Shown here: piece by piece, positions 8,638-18,553 of the stretch | Layout of the letters: each line of letters begins with the position of its first letter | How positions within the stretch are numbered: position 1 is the stretch's first letter | Assembly (NCBI GenBank): GCA_031362565.1 | Contig: JANLSU010000073.1 | Location: 1-64,000 of the forward strand | Source: a bacterium | GTDB lineage: Bacteria; Krumholzibacteriota; Krumholzibacteriia; G020349025 | Direction: 5' to 3' | DNA length: 64,000 nt | The notes under the pieces: model-generated | What the model saw: the letters and a program-made list of their open reading frames with translations, nothing else | Database searches by the model: none | Told to the model about the DNA's origin: nothing | Position numbers and translations under genes: made by a program

Positions 8638-11421
8638 ATGAACGTGGCCCGAGTTTCGAAGCACCACCGGCTCGCCTTGCTGCTCATCGCAGCTTTCACG
8701 CTGACCGTCGCCTCGGTCGCTTTGGCGCAGCAGATCGCCCCGCCCAAGCTGCCGTTCGACAAGTACACCCTGCCGAATGGTCTCACGGTCATCCTGCACG
8801 AGGACCATTCGACGCCGGTCGTGGCCGTCAATCTCTGGTACCACGTGGGTTCGAAGAACGAAGAGGTGGGGCGCACCGGGTTCGCGCACCTGTTCGAGCA
8901 CATGATGTTCCAAGGCTCGCAACATCATGACACCGACTACATCAACACCATCGAAGGCCTGGGCTCGACCGACTTGAACGGCACGACCGACTTCGATCGC
9001 ACCAACTACTTCGAAACGGTGCCGCCGAGTGCACTCGACGAAGTGCTGTTTCTCGAGGCGGACCGCATGGGCTGGCTGCTGCCGTCCATGACCCAGGAGC
9101 GCATCGACAACCAGCGCGAAGTGGTCAAGAACGAACGCCGTCAGAGCGTCGACAACCAGCCCTATGGCACCGCCGACGAGCGCATGTACGCGGTGTTGTA
9201 CCCGAGCAACCACCCCTATAGCTGGGACGTCATCGGCTCGATGGACGACTTGACGCGCGCTTCGAAGGCCGATGTCGAGAATTTCTTCAAGAGCTACTAT
9301 GGCCCCAACAACTGCACGCTCGTGGTTGCGGGCGATATTACGCCGGCGCGCACCAAGGAAATGGTCGAGAAGTATTTCGGCCCGATTCCGCCGGTCGCGC
9401 CGATCCTGCGCCGCGAGGCGTGGGTGCCGGAACTCGCGGCGCCGATCTACCTGGCGATGGAAGACCGCGTGCCGCTGCCGCGCCTCTTCCTTGCATGGCA
9501 CATGCCGGGCAAGTTCAAGGCCGGCGACGCCGACCTCGAAGTGCTGACACGCGTGCTGGCGCAGGGCAAGACCTCACGCCTGTACAAGACGTTGGTCTAT
9601 GACAAGCAGATCGCACAAGACGTGCAGGCCTTCGTGGACGACCGAGAATTGTCGAGCCTGTTCCGCGTTCAAGTAACCGCCAAGGCGGGCCACACGCTGG
9701 ACGAGATCACGCCGATCGTCATGCGCGAGATTCAAGCCCTGCGCGACAAGCCGGCCAGCGCCGCCGAGATCGAACGGGCTCGCACCGCGATTCTGTCGGG
9801 GATGGTGCGCCGCCTCGAACGCGTCGGCGGGTTTGGCGGTAAGAGTGACCGGCTGGCGATGTACACGACATATGCCGACGACACCGACTACCTGGCGAAG
9901 GATTTCGCGCGTTACCAGGCCGTCACCGCCGCGTCGGCGCAAGCGGCGGCCAAGCGTTGGCTGCACGAAGGCGTTTGCGAGATGCGAGTCAACCCGTATC
10001 CGACGCTCGTGGCCGGCAAGGACACGGCCGACCGCGACAAGATCCCGGCGGCCGGCGACCCGGTGGCGTTCTCGGTGCCGAAGCTGCAGCACGCCAAGCT
10101 GTCGAACGGCCTGGAAGTCGTGCTGGCGGAATCGCACAAGGTGCCGGCGGTGCAGGTCAATCTCATCGTCAAGGGCGGTTGGTCTGCCGACAAGCGCGAG
10201 AAGACCGGTGTGGCGTCCTTCATGTCGCGCATGCAGGACGAGGGCACCAAAAAGCGCACCTCGTTGCAGATCAGCGAAGAGGCCCAACTCCTCGGCGCCA
10301 ACTTGAACACCAACTCCAACGTCGACAATTGTCTCGTGACGGTCAATGCGCTCAAGGCGCGCTTGCTCCCGTCGCTCGACTTGTGGGCCGACGTGGTGCT
10401 CAACCCGGTTTTCCCGGCCGAGGAACTCGATCGCCAGCGCCAGCAGGTGCTCGGGCAGATCAACCAGGAGAAGAGCCAGCCGGTGCAGATGGGGATTCGC
10501 ATTCTGCCGGGCCTGCTGTACGGCGACAATCATCCGTACGGCCAGCCGCTCACCGGTTCCGGAAACGAATCGAGCGTCAAGGCGATCTTGCGCGACGATC
10601 TCGTGAACTACCACTCGACGTGGTTCCATCCGAACAACGCGACGCTGGTCGTCGTCGGCGACACCAACTTGGGTGAAATCGTGCCGATGCTGGAGAAGGC
10701 GCTCGGCAGTTGGAAGGCGGCCGGCGTGCCGCAGATCGCCCTGCCGGCGCGCACCAATCCGGCGCGCACCACGGTGTACCTGATCGACAAGCCGGGCGCG
10801 GCGCAGTCGGTGCTCCTCGCGGGTACGCTCATGCCGCCGAAGGGCAGCGCCGACGATGTGCAGTGGGATGTCCTGAACGGCGTGCTGGGCGGCAACTTCG
10901 CGTCGCGGCTCAACATGAACTTGCGCGAGGACAAGGGCTACTCGTATGGCGCGAACTTGTTCCCGTTCGAAGCCAAGGGACAGGGGATGGCGGTAGTGTT
11001 CACGCAAGTGCGCACGAACGTCACCAAGGAATCCATGGCCGAGGTCATGAAGGAGCTGCGTGACATCCGTGGCACGCGGCCGCCGACCGCGGACGAGATG
11101 AAGTTGTCGAAGGACAACCTGGTGCTGTCGTTGCCGGGCCAGTACGAAACCATGAACGGGATCGCGAACAAGATCAACGACGTGGTGACGTACGGGCTGC
11201 CGGAGGACTTCTACGCCAAGTATCCGGATCGCGTCCGGGAATGCTCGGTGAAGGATGCCGTCGCGGTGGCGAACACGCGCGTGGTGCCCGACAACATGGC
11301 GTTCGTGGTAGTCGGCGACCGCAAGGTCATCGAGGACGGCGTCAAGGCGCTCAACATCGGCCCCATCGAGTATCTCGACGCCGATGGCCGCCCCACGAGC
11401 ACGAGTGCCGCGGCGCGCTGA
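8638..11421 (+). CDS. Secreted M16 (pitrilysin/insulinase) zinc peptidase, fused two-half form
   Basis: Signal peptide; inverted zinc motif HLFEH; NGTT..DRTNYFE; RLNMNLREDKGYSY in the C-terminal half. Confidence 0.95.
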   Translation: MNVARVSKHHRLALLLIAAFTLTVASVALAQQIAPPKLPFDKYTLPNGLTVILHEDHSTPVVAVNLWYHVGSKNEEVGRTGFAHLFEHMMFQGSQHHDTDYINTIEGLGSTDLNGTTDFDRTNYFETVPPSALDEVLFLEADRMGWLLPSMTQERIDNQREVVKNERRQSVDNQPYGTADERMYAVLYPSNHPYSWDVIGSMDDLTRASKADVENFFKSYYGPNNCTLVVAGDITPARTKEMVEKYFGPIPPVAPILRREAWVPELAAPIYLAMEDRVPLPRLFLAWHMPGKFKAGDADLEVLTRVLAQGKTSRLYKTLVYDKQIAQDVQAFVDDRELSSLFRVQVTAKAGHTLDEITPIVMREIQALRDKPASAAEIERARTAILSGMVRRLERVGGFGGKSDRLAMYTTYADDTDYLAKDFARYQAVTAASAQAAAKRWLHEGVCEMRVNPYPTLVAGKDTADRDKIPAAGDPVAFSVPKLQHAKLSNGLEVVLAESHKVPAVQVNLIVKGGWSADKREKTGVASFMSRMQDEGTKKRTSLQISEEAQLLGANLNTNSNVDNCLVTVNALKARLLPSLDLWADVVLNPVFPAEELDRQRQQVLGQINQEKSQPVQMGIRILPGLLYGDNHPYGQPLTGSGNESSVKAILRDDLVNYHSTWFHPNNATLVVVGDTNLGEIVPMLEKALGSWKAAGVPQIALPARTNPARTTVYLIDKPGAAQSVLLAGTLMPPKGSADDVQWDVLNGVLGGNFASRLNMNLREDKGYSYGANLFPFEAKGQGMAVVFTQVRTNVTKESMAEVMKELRDIRGTRPPTADEMKLSKDNLVLSLPGQYETMNGIANKINDVVTYGLPEDFYAKYPDRVRECSVKDAVAVANTRVVPDNMAFVVVGDRKVIEDGVKALNIGPIEYLDADGRPTSTSAAAR

Positions 11422-11450
11422 GCCCCGGCAACGGTCCGCTGTAATACCAT

Positions 11451-11489
11451 TCAGGGCCGCCGCGCACTCCGCGGCGGCCCTGAGTTTTT
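11451..11489 (+). terminator. Rho-independent terminator
   Basis: TCAGGGCCGCCGCG-cactc-CGCGGCGGCCCTGA followed by GTTTTT. Confidence 0.8.
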
Positions 11490-11541
11490 CGGAATCACGT
11501 TGCGGCATGCGTGCAGTGTGCCGGCGCGCACTCCGTTTCCG

Positions 11542-12222
11542 TCACTCGACGAGCGTTGCATTCTTGATGTAGTCGAGCTTCGGAAATTCCTTCTTGAGGT
11601 ACTCGTTGCCTTCCGCCTGCAGGCGGCCCTGCTCGGGGCCCATGCCGTTCGGTGCGCCTTCGCCGTAGCCGGAGTAGATCTTGTCCATGACATCCATCCC
11701 CGTCACGACCTGGCCGAACGGCGGGAAGCCCGCGGCGTCGAGGCGCGCATTATCGCCGTAGTTGATGAACAACTGCGTCGTGCGCGTATTCGGCCCGGCC
11801 ATCGCGTAGGTGAGAAAGCCGCGCTTGTTGCTCGACTTCACCGGATCGTCGGCCATCTTCTTCTCGCGCCATGCCGCCGAGACCTTCGGATCACCGTGGA
11901 TGCCGAACTGCGCCATAAATCCGTCGATGACGCGGAAGAAGCGCACGTCATCGAAGAAGCCGGCTTTCACCAAGCTATAGAACCGGTCGGCGCCGTTGGG
12001 CGCCCAGTCGCGATGCACTTCGATGACGACGTCGCCCTTGGTGGTCTCGAACTTGGCTTTGAACGTGGCCGGTGCGGTCAGATTCATCTGTGGGTCCTTG
12101 GCGTTGAGAAGGAGTTCCTTGGATTTGCTGCCGGTGGTGATTTTTTCGACCGGGTTCGCGCCGCTGTTCGCGGTCGCCGCCAGAGACATGAACCCGGCCA
12201 GAGCTGCGATTCGAAGCGTCAT
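11542..12222 (-). CDS. Cyclophilin-type peptidyl-prolyl cis-trans isomerase, exported
   Basis: FFRVIDGFMAQFG, AMAGPNTRTTQLFIN, FGQVVTGMDV; RBS AGGAGGA. Confidence 0.95.
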   Translation of the reverse strand: MTLRIAALAGFMSLAATANSGANPVEKITTGSKSKELLLNAKDPQMNLTAPATFKAKFETTKGDVVIEVHRDWAPNGADRFYSLVKAGFFDDVRFFRVIDGFMAQFGIHGDPKVSAAWREKKMADDPVKSSNKRGFLTYAMAGPNTRTTQLFINYGDNARLDAAGFPPFGQVVTGMDVMDKIYSGYGEGAPNGMGPEQGRLQAEGNEYLKKEFPKLDYIKNATLVE

Positions 12223-12287
12223 TCGCAATTCGTCCTCCTGAGTTCGGACCGCCGTTTGGGGTCCTTGAATGGTTGCATGGGAAGCGA

Positions 12288-13637
12288 TCAGTTGTCGCGG
12301 TGGCCCGGAACCACGGGCCGGGTCAAGTCCTCGCGGCCGTCGGCGGTCACCAGGATATCGTCCTCGACGCGAATCCCGCCACAGGGGACGAGCGCGTCGA
12401 TCAACTGCCAATCGAAGACCGCCGCCGCCGCACCGTTGCGAAACGGTTCGAGCAGCATCGGGATGAAGTACAGCCCCGGCTCGATGGTCACGACGTGGCC
12501 GGGTTCCAAATCGCGCGTCGTGCGGAGCGCCGGCGAACTCGCCGGTGGCTCGCGCCGGTCGCCGCGTGGCGACACTTGCCGGCCGCCTACATCGTGCACC
12601 TGCAGTCCCAAATGGTGGCCGACACCGTGCGGTAAGAAGGGGCGCGTGAAGCCGCGCTCGACCGCCTCGGCTGGGCTGGTATGCAGGATACCGGCGTCGA
12701 CGAGCAGTGTTGCCACACCACGATGCGTGGCCTCGTGGATTTCGACGTACGAGCGCCGTGGCCCGACGCGGCCCACCAGATCGCGTTGCAGCACCTCCAT
12801 GCCGTCCAAGAGCGCCCAAAAAACGGCATGGGCGCCAGGGCGGGCATAGGTGCGGGTGATGTCACTGGCGTAACCGTGGAAACGCGCCCCGGCGTCTACC
12901 AGGAGCACATGGCCCGGTTGGGGCTTCGTATGGCGCTTCGTTTCATAGTGCAGCGTTGCCGCGCACTCGTCCCAGGCAATGATGTTGTTGTAGGCGCACT
13001 CGTGTTCCAAGATGCCGCACGCTTCGAGATATGCTGCGTGCAACTCACGCTCGGTGCGTAGTGTGGCGACGCCGTCGCGCACGGCGCGATGGCCGCGGGC
13101 GGCGATCCGGCCGGCTTCGCGGATGCATTCGACTTCGTAGGCGGTCTTGGCGGCCCGGGTCCAGTCGAGCGGCGCCAGGAGCGCCGCCGGCTCGACTGCC
13201 GACGGCGGCATGCCGAGCGCGGCTGCAGTCGCCGCGTCATTGCCCACGTATGCAAAGCGCGCGACGTCGCCCAAGCGGGCCCGCGCCTCGTCCGGGGTTG
13301 TGGTTTGCACGACTTCGAGGACTTGAGCATACGGATGATCGGGTTCGCCGGGCGGTTCGTACCAGAAGTCGCGCGGGATTACTTGCACGAGCTTGGGCCG
13401 CGTCCCGGGCCTGACCACGACGAAATGATCCGGTCCAGGAACAGGTGCGAAGCGCGCGAAATGCGGCGTCGGACGGAAGTGCATCGCCATGTCATCGGCG
13501 TGGTAGTAGGCGCGCGTGCCGGCGTGGAGGACGATGCCCTCGAACGCTGCACCATCGCCGCGCGCCGCCGCCAGTGCCGTCTCCGCATCACCTGCGGCCC
13601 GGGTGATGTGATCCGAGAAACTCTGTCGCAGGTCCAT
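12288..13637 (-). CDS. pepQ: Xaa-Pro dipeptidase (M24B prolidase)
   Basis: DAGA..GYASDITRT, PHGVGHHLGLQVHDVG, TIEPGLYF, GGIRVEDD. Confidence 0.92.
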   Translation of the reverse strand: MDLRQSFSDHITRAAGDAETALAAARGDGAAFEGIVLHAGTRAYYHADDMAMHFRPTPHFARFAPVPGPDHFVVVRPGTRPKLVQVIPRDFWYEPPGEPDHPYAQVLEVVQTTTPDEARARLGDVARFAYVGNDAATAAALGMPPSAVEPAALLAPLDWTRAAKTAYEVECIREAGRIAARGHRAVRDGVATLRTERELHAAYLEACGILEHECAYNNIIAWDECAATLHYETKRHTKPQPGHVLLVDAGARFHGYASDITRTYARPGAHAVFWALLDGMEVLQRDLVGRVGPRRSYVEIHEATHRGVATLLVDAGILHTSPAEAVERGFTRPFLPHGVGHHLGLQVHDVGGRQVSPRGDRREPPASSPALRTTRDLEPGHVVTIEPGLYFIPMLLEPFRNGAAAAVFDWQLIDALVPCGGIRVEDDILVTADGREDLTRPVVPGHRDN

Positions 13638-13909
13638 GCGGTCTTGCTCCCCGTGGCGAGCGGTTCGAATCGTCAAGGCTAGCGCGGCCTCGGTGAATGC
13701 TAATCGAACGCGGGCGCGGTTCGCCAGGTGTCAACGCCGTCGACGCTCGTGCGTCCTGCCGAGTGCCACGATGGCGCTACAAACGCCGCCGGGGAAGGCC
13801 GGGCGGCCAGCGCGGCCCGGCACCGTTCTTGCCGCCGGTTCGTGGACGCGCTGCAACACCGTGTGATAGCGTCCGCCGCACCCAAGCCCTGAGAACGGAC
13901 GAAGCGCTC

Positions 13910-14674
13910 ATGATCGAAGCGGTCGACCTCGTCAAGAGCTACGGCAACGTGCACGCGTTGCGTGGGGTGAGTTTCCACGTCCGGCCCGGCGAGATCATCG
14001 GCTATCTCGGCCCGAATGGGGCGGGCAAGTCGACGACGGTGAAGATCCTGACCGGGCTCGTGCGCGCCGATGCGGGTCGGGCGCGCATCGGCGGATTTGA
14101 CGTCGTCCAACAGCCGCTCGAAGCCAAACGCTGCGTGGGATTCGTTCCCGAAACGGGGGCGTTGTACGAAGCGCTGACGCCGCTCGAGTATCTCCGGTTC
14201 GTGAGTGATCTCTATGGTCTCGAGCGCCGCGCGGCAGCGGCGCGCGCCGCCGAGATCCTGGCGTTTCTCGAACTGGATCCGGCGGCATGGCAACTGCGCA
14301 TGGCCGGTTTCAGCAAGGGGATGAAACAGCGCGTGGTGATTGCCGCGGCGTTGTTGCACCGGCCCCAGATTCTGTTGTTCGACGAGCCGTTGAATGGGCT
14401 CGACGTCGGCGCCACGATCAAAGTGAAGGCGCTCATCGCCCAAGAGGCGGCAGCCGGGCACGCCGTGCTCTATTGTTCGCATCTTCTCGACGTCGTGGAA
14501 CGCATCTGTACGCGCATTGTGATTCTGGCGCGCGGCCAGGTGCAGGTCGATGGCAGCCTGGCCGACATCCAACGGCAGTATCCAGGCCGGACGCTCGAAG
14601 CGATTTTCCAGGATGTGACGGGAGGTGCGGCCGAGCGCGCCGCGGCGCCCCTCTCCGAGCCGGAGCCCGCATGA
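13910..14674 (+). CDS. ABC transporter ATP-binding protein
   Basis: GPNGAGKST Walker A, FSKGM signature, LLFDEP Walker B, H-loop. Confidence 0.95.
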   Translation: MIEAVDLVKSYGNVHALRGVSFHVRPGEIIGYLGPNGAGKSTTVKILTGLVRADAGRARIGGFDVVQQPLEAKRCVGFVPETGALYEALTPLEYLRFVSDLYGLERRAAAARAAEILAFLELDPAAWQLRMAGFSKGMKQRVVIAAALLHRPQILLFDEPLNGLDVGATIKVKALIAQEAAAGHAVLYCSHLLDVVERICTRIVILARGQVQVDGSLADIQRQYPGRTLEAIFQDVTGGAAERAAAPLSEPEPA

Positions 14675-16338
14675 CAACCGCGCCCCAGGTCTGGGTGCTG
14701 CTCCGCAATGCGTTGCGGCTCGACTTCAGGCCGCGGAGCGCCAGCCGCGAGGGGCGTTGGAATCGCTCCGCGCCGTTGGCCGTGAGCCTTGGCCTGTACG
14801 TCTTTATCGGTGCCTTCGTCGGCTCGAACCTGCAGCGCGCCCACCTCGGTGTCGAGCCCGCGGCAGCGCTTCTCTATACCGTCTGCGGCATGTTCGTGCT
14901 GGTCAACTTGCTGGTCGAGTTCAGCGAGATTCTGCTGGCTCCCTCCGACGGCGACATCCTCTACTGGCGGCCGATTGCGTCCCGGACGTTGTACATCGCC
15001 CGTTGCTTGCACGTGTTCGTTTACGTGGGCATTCTCGCGAGCTGTACGGCGGTGCTGCCCATCCTGGCGATTTGCCGTCAAACGCCGGACCCGGTGCGGA
15101 GCGGCGTGGCGCTTTTCGCGGGGGCGTGGCTTGCATCGCTGCTGGTGACGGCGGCGGTTCTCGCCGTGCAGGGTGTCTTGCTGCGGCGCTTGCCGGCGGA
15201 GAAATTTCAGGACGTGCTTGCCGTCGCGCAGTTCGTGTTCTTGATGGCGGCCATTCTCACGTATCAGCTGTTGAGCCCCGCGCTGCTGCGCGGCGCCGCC
15301 GAGTGGGGCCCGAACGGCTCCCGTTGGTGGTGGTGGGTGCCGGTTGCGTGGTTCGCTCGCCTGCCCGCCTGGGTGGCCGGCGATGCGCCGGGGCCCTACG
15401 GTGTGGCACGCCTTTGGGCCGGCGTCGGAACGCTGGCGGTGGTGGGCGGGTACGCGCTGCGCCGCCTGGCACCCACATACGCCAATGATATCCAACGCAC
15501 CCAAGTTGCTGCGGGCCCAGTTGGCGGGCGCGGGCTCGCGCGGCTCGACCGGTGGCTCGGCGCCCGCCTCGCGCCATGGCCCCACTGCCGCAGCGGATTC
15601 GAGTTCTTCGTCGCATTTTTGCGCGGCGACCGCCGGCTTCGGGTGCAGTTGTGGACGCTCGCCGCCATGCCACTCGGTCTGTTGCTCGCGGCGCTCGTGG
15701 GCACCCACGGCCACGATCCCTATGCCACAACGGGGGTTGCGGCCGGCGCCGGCGACGCCATGTCGGCGGCGGCGGGGGAGTGGGCGTCTGAGAATGGGGT
15801 CCAGAGTTTGTTCACGGCACCCTACCTCCTCGCGATCCTGGCGATCGGCGCCGCCCGAACGCTCGCCCGCACCCCCGACTGGCGCGCCGCATGGGTCTTT
15901 CATGTGGCGCCACTACAACGCTATGACGAGGTATTCGCCGGCGTGGCGTTCGGCCTCGCGTACCAGATCGTATTCGCCGGATTTGTCGCGCAAGCGATCG
16001 CGCTCGGGGTGGCGTGGCGGGACCCATTACACGTCGCCGCGCATCTCGTGCCGAGTTTCGGGGCGACGCTACTGCTGTTTCCGCTCGTGAACCTGTTCCG
16101 ATTCGATCCGCCGTTCACCCTCGAGCCCCAGCGTCAGATGCGTGGCGTCGAGATGGCCATCGCGTGTGTCACGATGCTGCCGATCGGGATCATCGGCTTC
16201 GGCCACTACGCACTGCGTCTGCGGCCGTGGATGCCGATTCTCGGCGGGGCCGCTCTGGGCGTGCTTGCGCTCGTTGCATGGTGGATTCTCGCGCGCCGGT
16301 TACGTAACGTCTTTCGCGACCGGGTGTTTGCCGCTTGA
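14671..16338 (+). CDS. ABC-2 type exporter membrane subunit (multi-TM)
   Basis: ATGA overlap with the ATPase gene; many hydrophobic helices; DGDILYWRPI motif. Confidence 0.75.
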   Translation: MTTAPQVWVLLRNALRLDFRPRSASREGRWNRSAPLAVSLGLYVFIGAFVGSNLQRAHLGVEPAAALLYTVCGMFVLVNLLVEFSEILLAPSDGDILYWRPIASRTLYIARCLHVFVYVGILASCTAVLPILAICRQTPDPVRSGVALFAGAWLASLLVTAAVLAVQGVLLRRLPAEKFQDVLAVAQFVFLMAAILTYQLLSPALLRGAAEWGPNGSRWWWWVPVAWFARLPAWVAGDAPGPYGVARLWAGVGTLAVVGGYALRRLAPTYANDIQRTQVAAGPVGGRGLARLDRWLGARLAPWPHCRSGFEFFVAFLRGDRRLRVQLWTLAAMPLGLLLAALVGTHGHDPYATTGVAAGAGDAMSAAAGEWASENGVQSLFTAPYLLAILAIGAARTLARTPDWRAAWVFHVAPLQRYDEVFAGVAFGLAYQIVFAGFVAQAIALGVAWRDPLHVAAHLVPSFGATLLLFPLVNLFRFDPPFTLEPQRQMRGVEMAIACVTMLPIGIIGFGHYALRLRPWMPILGGAALGVLALVAWWILARRLRNVFRDRVFAA

Positions 16339-16406
16339 CGACACCGTAAATCTGCGCGCGTTACCGTGCCGCAATTGCTTTGTTGCGTCGCGCGTCGCAG
16401 CGCGCG

Positions 16407-16447
16407 AAAAAAAAACAGTTGCATGTCGGACCGTGAATGTGGATTCT
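16407..16447 (+). promoter_or_regulatory. Sigma-70-type promoter with A-tract UP element
   Basis: A9 at 16407-16415, TTGCAT (16419-16424), 17-nt spacer, GATTCT (16442-16447). Confidence 0.55.
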
Positions 16448-16480
16448 GCGCGACAGGGAATGTCTTCGCATTCTGGGATC

Positions 16481-16676
16481 GGACGGGAGCCCCGTCTGCT
16501 CACTCCCGAGCAACCGGTAAGGTGGTAAGGGTCATCGGCCGTTCGCATCGTCGCAAGACGAGGCGTGACGAGTGGGGTGGAGGGTGGAGCGGGGATGTCG
16601 AGTGGCGCATTGCGTTGCGCGACAGCCTAGGTGACCGCGAGGTTGTGAGGGCGTGGCGGGCGGTGGTCTCCCGTCC
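16481..16676 (+). ncRNA. Structured non-coding RNA of unknown class (~196-nt core; 6S-like size)
   Basis: 5' GGACGGGAG pairs with 3' CTCCCGTCC and extends ~35 nt with G-U wobbles valid only on the + strand; internal GCAA-tetraloop hairpin; flanked by promoter and terminator; no credible ORF. Confidence 0.65.
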
Positions 16677-17900
16677 TCATTCGCGAAGAAGTGCAACGGC
16701 CGCGCGAGAACGCGGCCGTTTTTTATTGCTCCCGGTTCGCAGCATTACCTCTTGAGCCACGATCGACAACACCACGACGGCGCCCGCCGTGGCGTACGGC
16801 GCCCACTCCATCCCCAGGCGGCGCGCCAGCAGCCCGCCCGCGAGCGGCACCGTCATCGAGCCGATGCCAATCAGCAGTTCGTGAATTCCGGCATTGCGCC
16901 CGCGCGCGGCGGCACCGTGCAGACTGTAGTAGATGCTCGCAGAATAGCACGCTGCGAGCGCGAACCCGAACACCACGGCCGTGACCGCCAACCGCACGCC
17001 CGTCGCCCAGGGCAGGGCGACGATGCCGGCGGCAAGAAGCAACTGCGGCACCAACAGCGGTGCGCGCCGAAAGCGCCACGCGCTCGCGTGCCGCATGAGA
17101 AGGAAGAAGGCCAGCGTCTCGGTGAAGTACATGCCCCCCAAAATGAGTCCGAAGATCCGCGGGCTCCAGCCGTGTGCATCCACGAGGCGCGGATAGTGAT
17201 AGATGAGTGTCGCGGCGACGCCATAGGCGGAGCCGTTGGCGATCCAAGCCAGGCGCCGGAAGCGTGCCGTCTGGGCCGCGAGCACGGGATCCGGCGGCGG
17301 CAAGGCCGCGGCCTCAGCGACACTACGGAGTTCCGCCGGTGGCACCTTGCCTGGCAGCACCCAAAAGATCACGAACATGAGCGCGCTGCCGGCCGTGAGG
17401 ACGCTTTCCGGGCCGAATGCCGAGAGCAACAGTCCGCCGCACACGAACCCACAGCCCTTGCCGACGCTCCACGCGAGATTAAAGCGCCCCAGGTTGCGCT
17501 CGAGTTCGTGGCCCGCTGACCGGTCGGCGATCGCGGCTTGAACGCATGGCCAGAAGAACGCCAGGCTGCCGCCCACGAGCGGCACGAAGGCGAGGATGCG
17601 CGGCACGCCGCGCGCTAGCGTCACGCCGATGCAAGCGATGATGATGCCGATGCAGGCGCCGCGCGCCAACGCCTCGCGCGGGGCGCGGTCGCTGAATCGG
17701 CCGGAGATCGCAACCAGCAGCGCGTACGCGCCGGCCGCGGCGGTCGCCACGAGTCCGAGGGCGAGCGGGTCCGCTCCGAGCCGCAGGGCTTTGTAGGGAA
17801 TCGCCGTGTAAATGAGATAGGTCGCCAGATCGGCTGCGAAAGCCGCGCCAAACAAGCGTCCAAGATCGGTACGGCGTCGAGAGACGTCGTCCAGCGTCAT
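16677..17900 (-). CDS. MFS transporter
   Basis: About 12 TM segments, motif A GRFSDRAPR; RBS GGAGG. Confidence 0.88.
   Translation of the reverse strand: MTLDDVSRRRTDLGRLFGAAFAADLATYLIYTAIPYKALRLGADPLALGLVATAAAGAYALLVAISGRFSDRAPREALARGACIGIIIACIGVTLARGVPRILAFVPLVGGSLAFFWPCVQAAIADRSAGHELERNLGRFNLAWSVGKGCGFVCGGLLLSAFGPESVLTAGSALMFVIFWVLPGKVPPAELRSVAEAAALPPPDPVLAAQTARFRRLAWIANGSAYGVAATLIYHYPRLVDAHGWSPRIFGLILGGMYFTETLAFFLLMRHASAWRFRRAPLLVPQLLLAAGIVALPWATGVRLAVTAVVFGFALAACYSASIYYSLHGAAARGRNAGIHELLIGIGSMTVPLAGGLLARRLGMEWAPYATAGAVVVLSIVAQEVMLRTGSNKKRPRSRAAVALLRE
16695..16727 (+). terminator. Rho-independent terminator closing the ncRNA unit
   Basis: AACGGCCGCG-cgagaa-CGCGGCCGTT then TTTTATT; lies inside the 3' end of the antisense MFS gene. 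Confidence 0.75.
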
Positions 17901-17919
17901 GCCTCCTCGACGCGGCCTG

Positions 17920-18369
17920 TCAGCCGCCCGACTTCTTCGTCGGCGGCGGCTGAAGTGTCTTGTCGGCCGCGTCGCGCTGCCGCGCGTCCGGGTCGTTCGT
18001 CTGCAACTGCACGCCGCTGCGATCCAGGTCGATGCGGGTCAGCAACTCGCCTTCGAAGCGTAGCCGGCAAACCGACGAACCACGCGACGGTTCGGTTTCC
18101 TGATACGCCCAGACCTCGTTGCCGTTGCCGCGCGCGATCTGATCCGGATCGCCCCAAGTGACGCGGACCTGCAGCCGGCTCATGCCCTTGCGAATGCGTC
18201 CCGTCCCGATATCGTCGTTGAACCGGTTGCCGGGATTGTTGCGCACGTAGTCGATGCGGCTGGTATCGATTTCCGGGGTCGGATCGCGCAAGGATTGAAA
18301 CGCGGCGCAGCCACACAAAAGCGCCACCCAGGCCACGAACACCAAGGACCGGCTTCGTCGAGTGGTCAT
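17920..18369 (-). CDS. Lipoprotein, SmpA/OmlA(BamE)-like small domain
   Basis: Lipobox LCG-C; IRKGMSRLQVRVTWGDPD...EVWAY pattern. Confidence 0.6.
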   Translation of the reverse strand: MTTRRSRSLVFVAWVALLCGCAAFQSLRDPTPEIDTSRIDYVRNNPGNRFNDDIGTGRIRKGMSRLQVRVTWGDPDQIARGNGNEVWAYQETEPSRGSSVCRLRFEGELLTRIDLDRSGVQLQTNDPDARQRDAADKTLQPPPTKKSGG

Positions 18370-18553
18370 CCCAGGACCTCCGCACTCTAAGGGCCTTTTG
18401 ACGGATCCTAGAACAAATGGCGGCGCGCGGCCAGAGGTGCAGCCGGGGTGCGGCGCGGGCTTGTCCACACGCGCGGGCGCCCGCATAATCGCCCGGCGGG
18501 GGGCCGTCCGCCGCTGCAGCGCGACAGCACCCACGCGGGAACGGACTCGAACC

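Noticed and set aside
16481..16676. Assignment as SRP RNA, RNase P RNA, tmRNA or tRNA
   Set aside because: No SRP helix-8 motif, no GAGGAAAGUCC, and no tRNA-like T-arm or CCA end; 6S is neither confirmed nor excluded
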